Part shown: piece after piece, positions 48,508 to 60,070 of the stretch
Layout of the letters: the number at the start of each line of letters is the position of its first letter
Numbering within the stretch: position 1 is the first letter of the stretch
Assembly (NCBI GenBank): GCA_963792965.1
Contig: CAWBYW010000030.1
Location: 3,695-67,694 of the forward strand
Direction: 5' to 3'
DNA from: an uncultured delta proteobacterium
Lineage (GTDB): Bacteria; Desulfobacterota; Zymogenia; Zymogenales; Zymogenaceae
Length of the DNA: 64,000 nucleotides
Made by a program: the position numbers and the translations under genes
The notes under the pieces: generated by a model
What the model was told of the DNA's origin: nothing
What the model saw: only the letters and a program-made list of their open reading frames with translations
Database searches by the model: none

Positions 48508-48667
48508 TGTGCTCCCCTCCCGTATAAAAGATTATAGGAGAGGCGCGGCGATAAAGTCAAGGGACAAATCCCGTGGATGGGACGCGCCCGCGAACTCATG
48601 CCCCTCTCCGAATCGTTTTCCGCTTCTGCACAGCGCGCCCTCCCTGTAGTCGTCGCCGACTAATCCC

Positions 48668-48696
48668 TTGACATCACCCCTTTTGCCGGATACACT
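48668..48696 (+). promoter_or_regulatory. Sigma-70-type promoter candidate for the PpiC-type isomerase gene
   Basis: TTGACA (48668-48673), a 17-nt spacer, then TACACT (48691-48696). Confidence 0.5.
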
Positions 48697-48721
48697 GAAC
48701 CAAAACGATGGAGCACCTGAG

Positions 48722-49515
48722 ATGATTAAGAAAGTCGCTCTGTTTTGTCACGATCTGCCTCCTGGTCTTCTCGCTGTCCTGCACAAAGAAGGTAGCCGAG
48801 GGTGACGGATGGTCGATCACCGCAAAGGAATTCCGTGAGAAATATGAGTCCCTTCCTCCCGAGGCGACGCCGTTTGTCGGCTCGGAAAAGGGTAAGAAGC
48901 TCTATCTCGATACGTTGATCCTGCGCGAGATCATCTACCGCGAGGCAAAAAAGGAAGGGATCACCGACGAGCCGGCCATGATAAGCCGGATGGAAGACGC
49001 CAAGAAGAAGGTGGTGTTGGAAGAGTATCTCAAGAGGAAACTCGAGGGGGGGCTATCTCCGGCCAAGGAAGAGACGGAAAAGTATTATCTCGAAAATAAG
49101 GACGCCTTCGATAATGCCGAAACGATCAGGGTGGAGCACATCCTCGTGAAGACAAGGGATGAGGCCGAGAAGATCCAGAAGTTGGTCGCCTCAGGAGAGA
49201 ACTTCGAGAAGCTCGCGCGGGAAAATTCTATCTGTCCCAGCGCCTCGGGGGGCGGCGATCTCGGCTATTTCAAGCGGGGCGACATGGTGCCTGAGTTCGA
49301 CAAGGCCGCCTTCGAGCTGGTAAAACCCGGGGACATCAGCCCCATCGTGGAGACGAAGTTCGGATTTCATATCATCAAGCTGGTCGACAAGGACCATCTG
49401 ATGGAGAAATTCAGCCACCGATAAACGGGATGAGCTCATCGGGCGCTACCTCGAGGATCTGAAAAAGAAGGCGAACTATAAGATTCACGAAGAGAATCTT
49501 ACCTTCGAAAAGTAG
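48722..49515 (+). pseudogene. PpiC/parvulin-type peptidyl-prolyl isomerase lipoprotein (PrsA/SurA-like), with two frameshifts
   Basis: ATG ATT AAG AAA is followed, after a 1-nt shift, by SLCFVTICLLVFSLSC (lipobox) and the ORF 48915..49424. That ORF carries the parvulin core HILVKT...GGDLGYFKRGDMVPEFDKAAF...FGFHIIK. A second shift near 49405-49412 restores ATDKRDELIGRYLEDLKKKANYKI and a stop at 49515. Confidence 0.75.
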
Positions 49516-49598
49516 GCCGTGGGCCGTGCGTCCGGTCGCGCCGGAGAAACGGGCGGCTTATCGTTGGCGATTTATCAACGACGGAGCAAGAGAAGGAT

Positions 49599-49991
49599 AT
49601 GAAAAAGACACTCCCGATTCTTTTACTTTTCTGCATCATCGCGATCTCGTGCGCACACTCCCGGCCCGATACGCGTGCAGGACGGGATATGTATTATTCG
49701 TACCCCTTCAAGGATGTATTCGCCGCCACTCAGACGGTGCTCAAAGAGCAGGGGTACGACACTATCGAGATCAACCCGTCAGAAAAAATGATCAAGGCCT
49801 TGAGGGGCTCGGATATACCCGGATTATCCAGCTCGGTTACCTTCAGCTTTCGCGAGGAGGGGACCGGCACCTGGGTCAATATCATCAGGAAGGTCCCGCC
49901 GCAGTTCGTGCCCGGATCGACCGATCACTACCGAATGGATATCGACGAGCTCTACCATTACGTGGAAATGGAGCTTGACCGTAACTACTGA
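49599..49991 (+). CDS. Hypothetical lipoprotein
   Basis: 130 aa. MKKTLPILLLFCIIAISC is a lipoprotein signal. I recognise no family. Confidence 0.55.
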   Translation: MKKTLPILLLFCIIAISCAHSRPDTRAGRDMYYSYPFKDVFAATQTVLKEQGYDTIEINPSEKMIKALRGSDIPGLSSSVTFSFREEGTGTWVNIIRKVPPQFVPGSTDHYRMDIDELYHYVEMELDRNY

Positions 49992-49994
49992 GCG

Positions 49995-50549
49995 TCACCG
50001 GTAAAAGCTGTCTTTCCATTTAGGATCAAGCTTCACCGCCTTGTCGTAGTCCTCTTTGGCCTTCAGGTAGTCACGCCTGGCCCAATACTCTCTCCCCCGC
50101 GCGTAATAGGCATAGCTGTTGTTCGGATCCACCTCGATGACGTGGGTGAAATCGGCCACGGCGGCATTCGACAGCCCCATCTGCCCGTACGACATCCCCC
50201 GCATGACATATGCCTGAAGGAGGTCCGGCCTGAGCTCCACAACCGAGGAGAAGTCCGCGGCGGAGCTTTCAAACTCGTCCTTGATGGCTTTGGTGCGCTC
50301 CTGCGTGTAGCCCGGGCCGTACATGACGATATAGAGCTGACCGAGGTGAAAATGGGCGGCTCCCCGCGAGTAGAGGGCGCCTGCGTCTTTCTTGTCCTTC
50401 TCGATCTTCGCGGTTGATTCGACGATTACCTTTTTATCGGCCTCGATCTGCTCCATGAAGGTCTTCTCCTCGGCCCCCCATGCGGGCGCGAGAAGACCGG
50501 GCAGAAGAAGCATGAGGCACACCGTAAGAATAGTCTCTCTGCGTTTCAT
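49995..50549 (-). CDS. Exported TPR-repeat protein
   Basis: The likely start is MKRRETILTVCLMLLLPGLLAPAWG. TPR-like repeats include YVMRGMSYGQMGLSNAAVADFTHVIEVDPNNSYAYYARGREYWARRDYLKAKEDYDKAVKLDP. Confidence 0.7.
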   Translation of the reverse strand: MKRRETILTVCLMLLLPGLLAPAWGAEEKTFMEQIEADKKVIVESTAKIEKDKKDAGALYSRGAAHFHLGQLYIVMYGPGYTQERTKAIKDEFESSAADFSSVVELRPDLLQAYVMRGMSYGQMGLSNAAVADFTHVIEVDPNNSYAYYARGREYWARRDYLKAKEDYDKAVKLDPKWKDSFYR

Positions 50550-50624
50550 TGAAGTCCCAGTCAAGAAACCGTATGACACGAAAAATAGAAAGCCCCGTTC
50601 AGAGAACGGGGCTTTTTTAGCCGC

Positions 50625-52570
<1,946 letters not shown>

Positions 52571-52700
52571 AGCTATCAACTCCTTTCTCTTTTATTGAAA
52601 CAAACCCTCACGCCGCGCGTGCGGCGAACCGTTTCGTGAAACAACTGTAGGGACACGTTTGATCATGTCCGTCCGGTGCGTTTCATCGAACCGAGAAGTA

Positions 52701-52727
52701 TTAGCACTCAACTCAAGTGAGTGCTAA
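52701..52727 (-). promoter_or_regulatory. CIRCE operator (HrcA binding site)
   Basis: A perfect TTAGCACTC-N9-GAGTGCTAA inverted repeat lies directly downstream of the groES promoter -10 element. Confidence 0.9.
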
Positions 52728-52730
52728 ATC

Positions 52731-52759
52731 ATATTACTGCATGACCGGGGATATGGCAA
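52731..52759 (-). promoter_or_regulatory. Sigma-70-type groESL promoter
   Basis: The minus strand reads TTGCCA (reverse complement of 52754-52759), a 17-nt spacer, then TAATAT (reverse complement of 52731-52736), followed 3 nt later by CIRCE. Confidence 0.6.
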
Positions 52760-53013
52760 GGGCGATGGGAGGCGGTATCAGGCTATTAGCTAGGTAAATC
52801 TACGAATAACTCTTAAATACACTCAATAGTTCACATTATCTCAAAATATCTTAGTTTCTAATCGGCGATATCGACGGCGATGCAATGGCCTCCGGTACGG
52901 GCCGCCAAGCTTCCCGGCTCCGACTATCTGTGGATTTCGCCGGGAAGAATGGGGGCAAACATCATCACCTGACTCTCATATGAACGGTTCATCATTCTTA
53001 CATTACCGGCCGC

Positions 53014-54522
53014 CTACCCCCACCCGATCTCGTACTCCTCCAGGTGAAAGTGAACCACCGTGCGCACGGCGATGCGGATGCCCAGCCGCTCTTCGAGGTC
53101 CTCAAGCCACCCCCGCTCCTCGTCAAGTAGCAGCCCCGCCACCTCCGGGTTGACCTGCACGGTCGCCTTCTCGTCCGTCCCGGGCCTTTTCTTCATCAGC
53201 TCCCGGAAGATCTCGTAGCAGACGGTGCGGCGCGACTTCAAATAGCCGTGTCCCTCGCAGTAGGGGCAGGGATCCGTCAGCGCCTGGGTGAGGCTTTCGC
53301 GGCTTCTCTTCCTGGTCATCTCCACGATGCCGAGCTCGGAGATCTTGAGGATATTGGTCTTTTTCGTGTCGGACTTGAGCGCCTCGTCCAGCGAGTTGAA
53401 GACCTTCTCGCGGTTTTCGAGGCGCTCCATGTCGATGAAGTCGATGATAACCAGCCCCCCGACGTTCCTGAGCCTCAGCTGGTAGGCGATCTCTTTGGTC
53501 GCCTCGAGGTTGGTGCGCAGGATCGTGTCCTCGAGGTCGCGCCTGCCGACGTACTTGCCCGTGTTGACGTCGATGACCGTGAGCGCCTCGGTGGGCTCGA
53601 TGACGATGGAGCCGCCCGACTTGAGCCAGACCTTCTTTCCGAGCGCCCGCCTGATTTCCATCTCCAGCCCGTAGCTGTCGAAAATCGGCTCGTCCCGATC
53701 GTAGCTGCCGATCTTTGCGCTGACCTGCGGCAGGAACGACTCCGCAAACTCGACGAGCCGTCGATACTCGGCCTCATCGTCGATCACAAGGCGGTCGACG
53801 TCGTGCGTCAACAGGTCGCGCACCATTCGAAGCGAGAGGTCAAGCTCACGGTGGATGAGGGCGGGGGCGCCCGTCCGCTCCTTTTTGGCCACGATGGAGC
53901 GGTGGAGCTTCAACAGAAACTCCATGTCCTTTTTGATCTCTTCGTCACTCATGCCCTGGCCCGCGGTCCTGACGATGAAGCCGGTCCCCTGGGGACGGAT
54001 CTCTTCCACCATCGACTTGAGCCGCTTCCGCTGGGCCTCGTCCTCGATGCGGCGGGAGACCCCCACCCTATCCATCGTCGGCAAGAGCACGAGGTATTTT
54101 CCCGGCAGAGAGATATGGGAGGTGATGCGCGCCCCCTTGCCGCCGATCGGCTCGCGGGCCACCTGTACCATCACCTCCTGTCCGCGCTTGAGCATCGTCT
54201 CCACGCCCTCTCCGGACGGCGGCGCGACCTCCCGCGCCGCCCCGTTGAAGATGTCGGGGCGATCTTTGTCGGAAAATCCCTCGTAGTCCTCGAACTCGTC
54301 GTAAAAGTCGGTGGCGTAGAGAAAGGCGGCCTTATCCAGCCCGATGTCTACGAAGGCCGCCTCCATCCCGGGCATCACCCGGATCACCTTTCCCTTATAG
54401 ATATTGCCCGACACGCCGAGGTCCTTGGGACGCTCGACGAAGAGCTCACAGAGGGTGTTGTTTTCGATCAGCGCCGCCCGCGTCTCCCACGGGTGGGCGT
54501 TGATGACGATCTCTTTTGACAT
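53014..54522 (-). CDS. rng: Ribonuclease E/G family endoribonuclease (RNase G-like)
   Basis: Starts MSKEIVINAHPWETRAALIENN, with S1 domain GNIYKGKVIRVMPGMEAAFVDIG. The catalytic region reads GGSIVIEPTEALTVIDVNTGK and GGLVIIDFIDM. Confidence 0.9.
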   Translation of the reverse strand: MSKEIVINAHPWETRAALIENNTLCELFVERPKDLGVSGNIYKGKVIRVMPGMEAAFVDIGLDKAAFLYATDFYDEFEDYEGFSDKDRPDIFNGAAREVAPPSGEGVETMLKRGQEVMVQVAREPIGGKGARITSHISLPGKYLVLLPTMDRVGVSRRIEDEAQRKRLKSMVEEIRPQGTGFIVRTAGQGMSDEEIKKDMEFLLKLHRSIVAKKERTGAPALIHRELDLSLRMVRDLLTHDVDRLVIDDEAEYRRLVEFAESFLPQVSAKIGSYDRDEPIFDSYGLEMEIRRALGKKVWLKSGGSIVIEPTEALTVIDVNTGKYVGRRDLEDTILRTNLEATKEIAYQLRLRNVGGLVIIDFIDMERLENREKVFNSLDEALKSDTKKTNILKISELGIVEMTRKRSRESLTQALTDPCPYCEGHGYLKSRRTVCYEIFRELMKKRPGTDEKATVQVNPEVAGLLLDEERGWLEDLEERLGIRIAVRTVVHFHLEEYEIGWG

Positions 54523-54546
54523 ATATTTCACGCATATAATTGAATA

Positions 54547-57108
54547 TCATTTCATGGGCCCGGCGGTCGATTCCTTGACGACGCGAAACGACTTGGCCTC
54601 CTGCTCGGACACGCCCAACACCGCCGAGACGACCCGGTAGGGGCTGGGCGAGGAGCCGCCGATCTTTTTCATAACGAGCCGTATCGTCTTATCCTCCGGC
54701 CGGTACTCCAGCGCCTCCACGAATGGGCGCACGTTGATCTTTTTGGCTCGGCCGTTGACGCTCCCCAAAAACCAGCGCTCCGAGCTCTCCATGAAGGACG
54801 AGATGGACGACGCCGGATCGAGTGCGGCATATCCGTTTTCGGCAACGACGATCTCGTATACGGGGCAAAGCGCCCTGTCCGATATCTTTCCCGGGCAGTC
54901 ACCGGGAGCAAGGATCGACCGGATCTCCATGCCCTGGGGCAGCGTGGCGTTGAGGGCCTCCGCAAGTGCCGTCGTGTCCACCTCGCGCGAGAGCTCGGCG
55001 ACAAAGGGCTCGCCGTCGGCCTCCACGCCCACCGCCAACGCCTCCGCAAAGCTGATGCGCGGCTTGGGGTGAAACCCCTCCGTGAAGTTGACCGGTGCGC
55101 CCACCCGCGTCAGCGCCCGGCTCACCAGCGACGCGATCTCGAGGTGGGATATGAAACAGGCCGGCCCGGTCCGGCGGTAGAAAAAGACATACGCGAGCCG
55201 GGGATTCGGCTCGGCCGGAGTATCGTCATCAGGCGCCGGCCGGCCGCCTTGTCCCATCACGGTCGGATCGACCTTTGCCCGGACGTTACGGACTGCCCCC
55301 GCACAGACCCCGCAGTTGGTGCATGCGTCCGTCATGCAGTTTTCCGTGGGGACGGCCCCGTACGCCCGGGCGCGCTCGCCGGTAAGGTACGACTTCTTCA
55401 CCCCCGTCTCGATATGGTCCCAGGGCAGCGCGTCGTCTTCGGAATACGCGCGCTCGGCGCAGTCTCTCATCGAGAGGCCCGCCTCGGCGAACGCGCGCTC
55501 CCAGAGGTCAAACCGAAAATATTCCGTCCACCCGTCGAACGCACAGCCGAGCTCGCAGGCGCGCGTTATCACGCCCAACAACCTGCGGTCCCCGCGGGAA
55601 AAGACGGCCTCAAGCAGGCTCGTCCGCGGGTCGTGAAACCTGACGCTGACGCGCCCCGAGCGCACCCCCCGCTTGATTCGATCCTGGCGCCTCTTCATCT
55701 CGGCGGTGGAGATGGTCGCCTCCCATTGAAAGGGCGTATGCGGCTTTGGGGTAAAGGTCGAGACGCTCACGTTTATGCCGCCCTTTCCCGTTTTCGGAAG
55801 GCTTCTCTCCACCTTCTGGATCAGCGAAATGATTCCGTCCAGGTCTTCATCGGTTTCGGTGGGCAGGCCGATCATGAAGTAGAGCTTAATGAGCCGCCAC
55901 CCCGCACGAAATACCCGCCCCACCGTCGCCTCGATTTCCGCCTCGGTGATGTTCTTGTTGATCACCGCGCGCAGGCGCGCGCTTCCGGCCTCGGGGGCGA
56001 CGGTGAAGCCCGTCTTTCTGACCTTCTGAATCTCGGCGATCATCGAGTCCGACAGGGTATCTACCCTGAGCGACGGCACCGAGAGCGCGACCCGCTTTTG
56101 CTCGAGGCTCTCCATCAGGCGCGCTGTGAGGGAAGAAATCGCCGAGTAGTCCCCCGAAGAAAGGGAGAGCAGCGACACCTCCTCCATCCCCGTTGTGCTC
56201 AGCTGCTCCTCGACGAGCCGGCAGATCGTTTCCTGATCGCGCTCCCGGACGGGCCGGTAGACGAACCCCGCCTGACAGAAGCGGCACCCCCGGGCGCATC
56301 CCCGGGCGATCTCGACGCTGACCCGATCGTGGACCGCCTTCGTGTGGGGGACCGGGGGGGCCGTGGGATACGGGGCCCGGTTCAGGTCGGAAACGATGCG
56401 CTTTTTCACCGTCACCGGACCACCCTTCGGGCGCTCCACCCCCGAAAAAGAGCCCCCCACGTAGCGCGCCTCATAGAGACGAGGCACATAGACCCCGGGG
56501 ATGACGGCCAGCCGGTCCAGCAGCTTCTCTCGCGGAGCCCCCCGGAGATCTCTATATGCCTCGATGATATCGACGACGGCCTCTTCCCCGTCCCCGACGA
56601 CGATCGCGTCGAATATCTCGGCGACGGGCTCGGGGTTGAAGGCGCACGACCCGCCGGCGATGACGAGCGGATGGCCCTCGTTGCGCTGGGCCGACAAAAG
56701 GGGGATACGGGCCAGCCCGAGCATATTGACGACGTTGGTGTAGGTAAGCTCGTACATCAGCGAGAAGCCGATGATGTCAAACCCCGCGAGCGGGCTTTTG
56801 GTCTCCAGCGAAAAAAGCGGCAGGCCGGCCTTCCTCATCTCGGCTTCCATGTCGGGCCAAACCGCAAACGCCCGCTCCGCGAAGACCCCGTCCATGGAGT
56901 TGAGGATCCACAGCAGGATCGCCATCCCCTGGTGGCTCATCCCGATCTCGTAGACCTCGGGGAACGCCAAGCAGACGCGGATATCCGCAGGCGCAGGCTC
57001 CCCCCTGGGCGCGTTGACCTCCCCGCCGATGTAGCGGCCCGGCTTGGACACCCTCGGCAGGGCCTTGGTCAGGAATGTCTTTATATCTGGGTCTTTTTTA
57101 TGTGTCAT
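54547..57108 (-). CDS. Fused radical SAM protein (B12-binding-like N-domain plus rSAM core, TIGR03960 type) with a C-terminal radical-SAM-linked DUF2344/TIGR03936-type domain
   Basis: 853 aa. The CxxxCxxC cluster motif is in EIARGCARGCRFCQAG. The roughly 230-aa C-terminal extension (LAYVFFYRRTGPACFISHLE...) resembles the rSAM-linked family. Confidence 0.75.
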   Translation of the reverse strand: MTHKKDPDIKTFLTKALPRVSKPGRYIGGEVNAPRGEPAPADIRVCLAFPEVYEIGMSHQGMAILLWILNSMDGVFAERAFAVWPDMEAEMRKAGLPLFSLETKSPLAGFDIIGFSLMYELTYTNVVNMLGLARIPLLSAQRNEGHPLVIAGGSCAFNPEPVAEIFDAIVVGDGEEAVVDIIEAYRDLRGAPREKLLDRLAVIPGVYVPRLYEARYVGGSFSGVERPKGGPVTVKKRIVSDLNRAPYPTAPPVPHTKAVHDRVSVEIARGCARGCRFCQAGFVYRPVRERDQETICRLVEEQLSTTGMEEVSLLSLSSGDYSAISSLTARLMESLEQKRVALSVPSLRVDTLSDSMIAEIQKVRKTGFTVAPEAGSARLRAVINKNITEAEIEATVGRVFRAGWRLIKLYFMIGLPTETDEDLDGIISLIQKVERSLPKTGKGGINVSVSTFTPKPHTPFQWEATISTAEMKRRQDRIKRGVRSGRVSVRFHDPRTSLLEAVFSRGDRRLLGVITRACELGCAFDGWTEYFRFDLWERAFAEAGLSMRDCAERAYSEDDALPWDHIETGVKKSYLTGERARAYGAVPTENCMTDACTNCGVCAGAVRNVRAKVDPTVMGQGGRPAPDDDTPAEPNPRLAYVFFYRRTGPACFISHLEIASLVSRALTRVGAPVNFTEGFHPKPRISFAEALAVGVEADGEPFVAELSREVDTTALAEALNATLPQGMEIRSILAPGDCPGKISDRALCPVYEIVVAENGYAALDPASSISSFMESSERWFLGSVNGRAKKINVRPFVEALEYRPEDKTIRLVMKKIGGSSPSPYRVVSAVLGVSEQEAKSFRVVKESTAGPMK

Positions 57109-57424
57109 CGCAATTCAGGACCTAGCCCCCGGCTGCCCCCTCGTTGATTATGGATGAATGATACGGGATGCTCCATAGTGTGCTTACCTAAGCGAAGCGC
57201 AACGCGCCCATGCCGTGTACGGCGTTCTCTCATCCAGTACTCCCGATCCCATAAGAAGAAGCGGCAATTGTCGGGAAAACAGCGGCAGTCGGCGGGCGGG
57301 GTCGTCTTCTTTTCTCCTGCCCGAGAGAAGTGACCTCGGTGAATCTAAGGAAACCCATTATTCACCGATAAGGAATTTACCACAGACGGGCAATAAAGTC
57401 AACGAGCCGCGCCGCATAATCGAA

Positions 57425-57453
57425 TTGCCCTCAGGATATCGAGATGATATACT
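57425..57453 (+). promoter_or_regulatory. Sigma-70-type promoter candidate
   Basis: TTGCCC (57425-57430), a 17-nt spacer, then TATACT (57448-57453), 27 nt upstream of ATG 57480. Confidence 0.45.
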
Positions 57454-57479
57454 GCGCCTTATTTTACCGGGTGTTAGCC

Positions 57480-58066
57480 ATGAAACACGGCAGCCGGACC
57501 ACGAGGTCGCGCGTATTTCTATTTTCATTCGCTTCTCTCCTCATTGCGCTCTCCATCATCTCAGTCCTTCTTATCCAGCCCGCGAGAGGGGCCGAAGGGA
57601 CCGACGCCGGAGAACGGGTCACCGATAGACTCGCGGTTGCCTCATTCGCTCCACCGAAAGGGTGGGTCGCGTGGGATTTCTGGGGACGGCGGCCTTCTCC
57701 CCGACGACCGATCACGAGCCCCGTCTCACGTTAGTCGTTTCCCCCCGCACGGGTGGAGACGCACGGGATATCGAATCGCTCATGAAGAGCCTCTCGGCTA
57801 CCTTCTCAACGGAAAACTACACGCTCATCACCAAGGAGTACCTCTTAACAGGCGGGTATCCGGGGGTCAGGGTGTTGGCCCAGGGCACCGACAAGAACAA
57901 GCTCTTCGACCACGATTACATCTGGATCCAGGAATATTGGACGAGCGCCCACAGGATCACCCTCACGCTTATCGCCGATAAGGATTCCTTTAAGACCTAC
58001 GAGAAGGTGGTGCTCGAGTCTTTCAGATCTCTCATCATTACCGAGCGCGCGCCGGATGAGCGGTAG
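57480..58066 (+). pseudogene. Hypothetical exported protein, one frameshift near 57665
   Basis: The signal anchor is MKHGSRTTRSRVFLFSFASLLIALSIISVLLIQPARG. The frame changes between FAPPKGWV and GFLGTAAFSPTTDHEPRLTLVVSP (ORFs 57444..57734 and 57662..58066). Confidence 0.55.
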
Positions 58067-58556
58067 CCGCATGGAGACCCGGCGATTGATATACACGATC
58101 GGCCACGGCAACCACCCGCTGGACCGTTTCCTGGGCCTCTTATCGGATGCAGGGATCGAGCTGGTGGTCGACGTGCGGAGCTTCCCCGCTTCCCGGTACC
58201 TCCCGCACTTCAACAGGAAGGCCCTCCAAGAGACTCTTATAGCCTCGGGGATAGACTATCATTACCTCGGCGACCTCCTCGGGGGCAGGCCCCCGGGCTT
58301 CGGAAAGGAGCGTCCGCTCACCTACGAGGACGCCGTAAAGAGGGAGGGATTCCGGGAAGGATTAGCGCAGCTTATCGAGCTTTCGAGCCGGAAGCGCTGC
58401 GCCGTCATGTGCGCGGAGCAAGATCCGAACCGCTGCCACCGGCGGCACATCATCACCCGGGCATTGGTCCGACCGGGCATCAGTGTGATGCATATCCTCG
58501 GAGACGGGACGCTCGTACAGGAACGTGAATTCGGACTCCCGTTTGAAGATCGATGA
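58056..58556 (+). CDS. DUF488 domain-containing protein
   Basis: Shows LIYTIGHGNHPLDRFLGLLSDAGIELVVDVRSFPASRYLPHF and AVMCAEQDPNRCHRRHI, typical of DUF488. It overlaps the preceding gene by 11 nt if it starts at 58056. An alternative start is ATG 58071. Confidence 0.8.
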   Translation: MSGSRMETRRLIYTIGHGNHPLDRFLGLLSDAGIELVVDVRSFPASRYLPHFNRKALQETLIASGIDYHYLGDLLGGRPPGFGKERPLTYEDAVKREGFREGLAQLIELSSRKRCAVMCAEQDPNRCHRRHIITRALVRPGISVMHILGDGTLVQEREFGLPFEDR

Positions 58557-58561
58557 TTCTT

Positions 58562-59518
58562 CTACTCTTCCTGATCTAAGATGTCCGTGTTCTCTTTCCG
58601 GGCAAGCGTCGCCTTATTATAGAAGCGGTAGAGGGCGGGGTTCATCGTCCGCATCAGCTTTCTGAGCTCCAGCATGTCGGCTCCCTTCAGGGATCTGAAG
58701 AGCGTCTCGTTTTCCACCATGATAAGGGCATAGTAAAAAACCCTCCCGGCTGTTTCTTCCGATTGTTCCTTCTGCAGCTCCGATCTCAAGCGGTTAAACT
58801 CCTTAAAGAAATTCATCAGCTCATCGGAATCGGGAAATGTCCTCGGGGGGAAGACCATGAGAACATGGCCGACACAAGCCGCCCACGCCCCGCCCATGCC
58901 TTCGGGAATATACGTACCAAGGATAAGCGCCTTTACGTCTTCGTCAAGGATTGCCTTCGTGTCGATCCCCGACCAGTCGGCCAGGATAGCCTGGGCGTAA
59001 TACCGCCGTGCTTCCTCGAGCTCGCCCCGCGTCTCAAAGAGATCACCGAGGTAGCCCAGCAGGTGCGCCTTCTTCTTCGGGGGAACGGAGACTTGTGAGA
59101 CCTCACCGAGAAGTGATTCCTTGGCCTGGTCAAGGCGCCCCGCTTTGAAAAGCAGATACCCCGGGGGATAGCCGTATATCGGCTCGAGCTGCGTGTCTCC
59201 GAAGGCGTCAACAACCCGCCCATAGTAGGCCCGCTCAAGGTCCGGAAGATAGTCGGGCGTATACGAGAGCTCCTTCAACAGCTTCCTGAAGGCGGAGAAT
59301 CGCCCGAAGAGGTGGGGCGGTTTCGCCTCCGGGGTAAGCGTTTCCTGGAGGAACTGCACGATCCGGGCCTCCCGGCGCACGAAGTCGTGATCGGGATAGT
59401 TCGCAAGGAGGATGTCGATCTTCGCCCGTGCGGTATCGAGATCAAGGACTGAGAGCACCCTCTGAACTTCCTTCAGCTTTCTGGTGGGGACGTCGAAAAT
59501 GGTCACGCTCTCGTCCAT
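58562..59518 (-). CDS. Hypothetical protein with TPR-like helical repeats
   Basis: 318-aa ORF with no signal peptide. Helical-repeat segments include LFKAGRLDQAKESLL and LFETRGELEEARRYYAQAILADW. Its start lies 2 nt after the bioY stop. Confidence 0.55.
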   Translation of the reverse strand: MDESVTIFDVPTRKLKEVQRVLSVLDLDTARAKIDILLANYPDHDFVRREARIVQFLQETLTPEAKPPHLFGRFSAFRKLLKELSYTPDYLPDLERAYYGRVVDAFGDTQLEPIYGYPPGYLLFKAGRLDQAKESLLGEVSQVSVPPKKKAHLLGYLGDLFETRGELEEARRYYAQAILADWSGIDTKAILDEDVKALILGTYIPEGMGGAWAACVGHVLMVFPPRTFPDSDELMNFFKEFNRLRSELQKEQSEETAGRVFYYALIMVENETLFRSLKGADMLELRKLMRTMNPALYRFYNKATLARKENTDILDQEE

Positions 59519-59520
59519 TC

Positions 59521-60070
59521 CTATCCCTTTCCAACCGGGAGACCCAATCTCTCCCGCGCTGAGCCGAATATAAGAATCGCGAGCGCCGCCTTGACGATAT
59601 CGCCGGGAAGGGTCACAAGAAAGCCGAGCTTGACGGCCGTCAAGAAGGAAATCTCCTTCTTAAGCAGGAGGTGGGTCGCCGCAAAGAGATACGGCACGCC
59701 GAAGAGGTAAACGACAAGGAGAGAGAAGAGAGACCCCTATGATGGGGAACAAATAGCCGCCCTTTCCGGAAAACCAACCCGAGACGGCCGCCGCGGGGAT
59801 AAATCCGACGAGGTAACCAAAGGAGGGCGACAGTACATAGATAATTCCGCCGCCGCCCGCAAAAACGGGAAGCCCGATCAGCCCGAGCGTTACATAGAGG
59901 AGCTGCGAGAGCGCCCCCCCCGCGGGGCCGAGAAAAAGCCCCGACGAATAGACCAGGAGCGTCTGAAGCGTTACGGGGACAAGCGGGGTCTGGACCTGGA
60001 TGAAGGCCCCCGCGGCCGTCAGGGCGGCAAAGAGAGGCACGAGGGTGAACATCGAGGGGCGTTGTTTCAT
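59521..60070 (-). pseudogene. bioY: Biotin transporter BioY (ECF S component), one frameshift at a C4/G4 run
   Basis: The N-terminal part reads FTLVPLFAALTAAGAFIQVQTPLVPVTLQTL...FGYLVGFIPAA. After shifting at 59734-59737 the frame continues SLFSLLVVYLFGVPYLFAATHLL...LPGDIVKAALAILIF to a stop at 59521. An ATGA overlap joins it to truA. Confidence 0.8.

Noticed and set aside
52980-52992. Palindrome ATGAAC-G-GTTCAT considered as a LexA/Cheo-type SOS box.
   Set aside because: The spacing (GAAC-N1-GTTC) does not match the GAAC-N4-GTTC or CTGT-N8-ACAG consensus. It lies at the 3' end of rng rather than in a promoter.
55069-57147. 692-aa plus-strand ORF.
   Set aside because: It lies antisense to the radical SAM gene, which carries the CxxxCxxC motif. 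Its composition is typical of GC-rich antisense frames.
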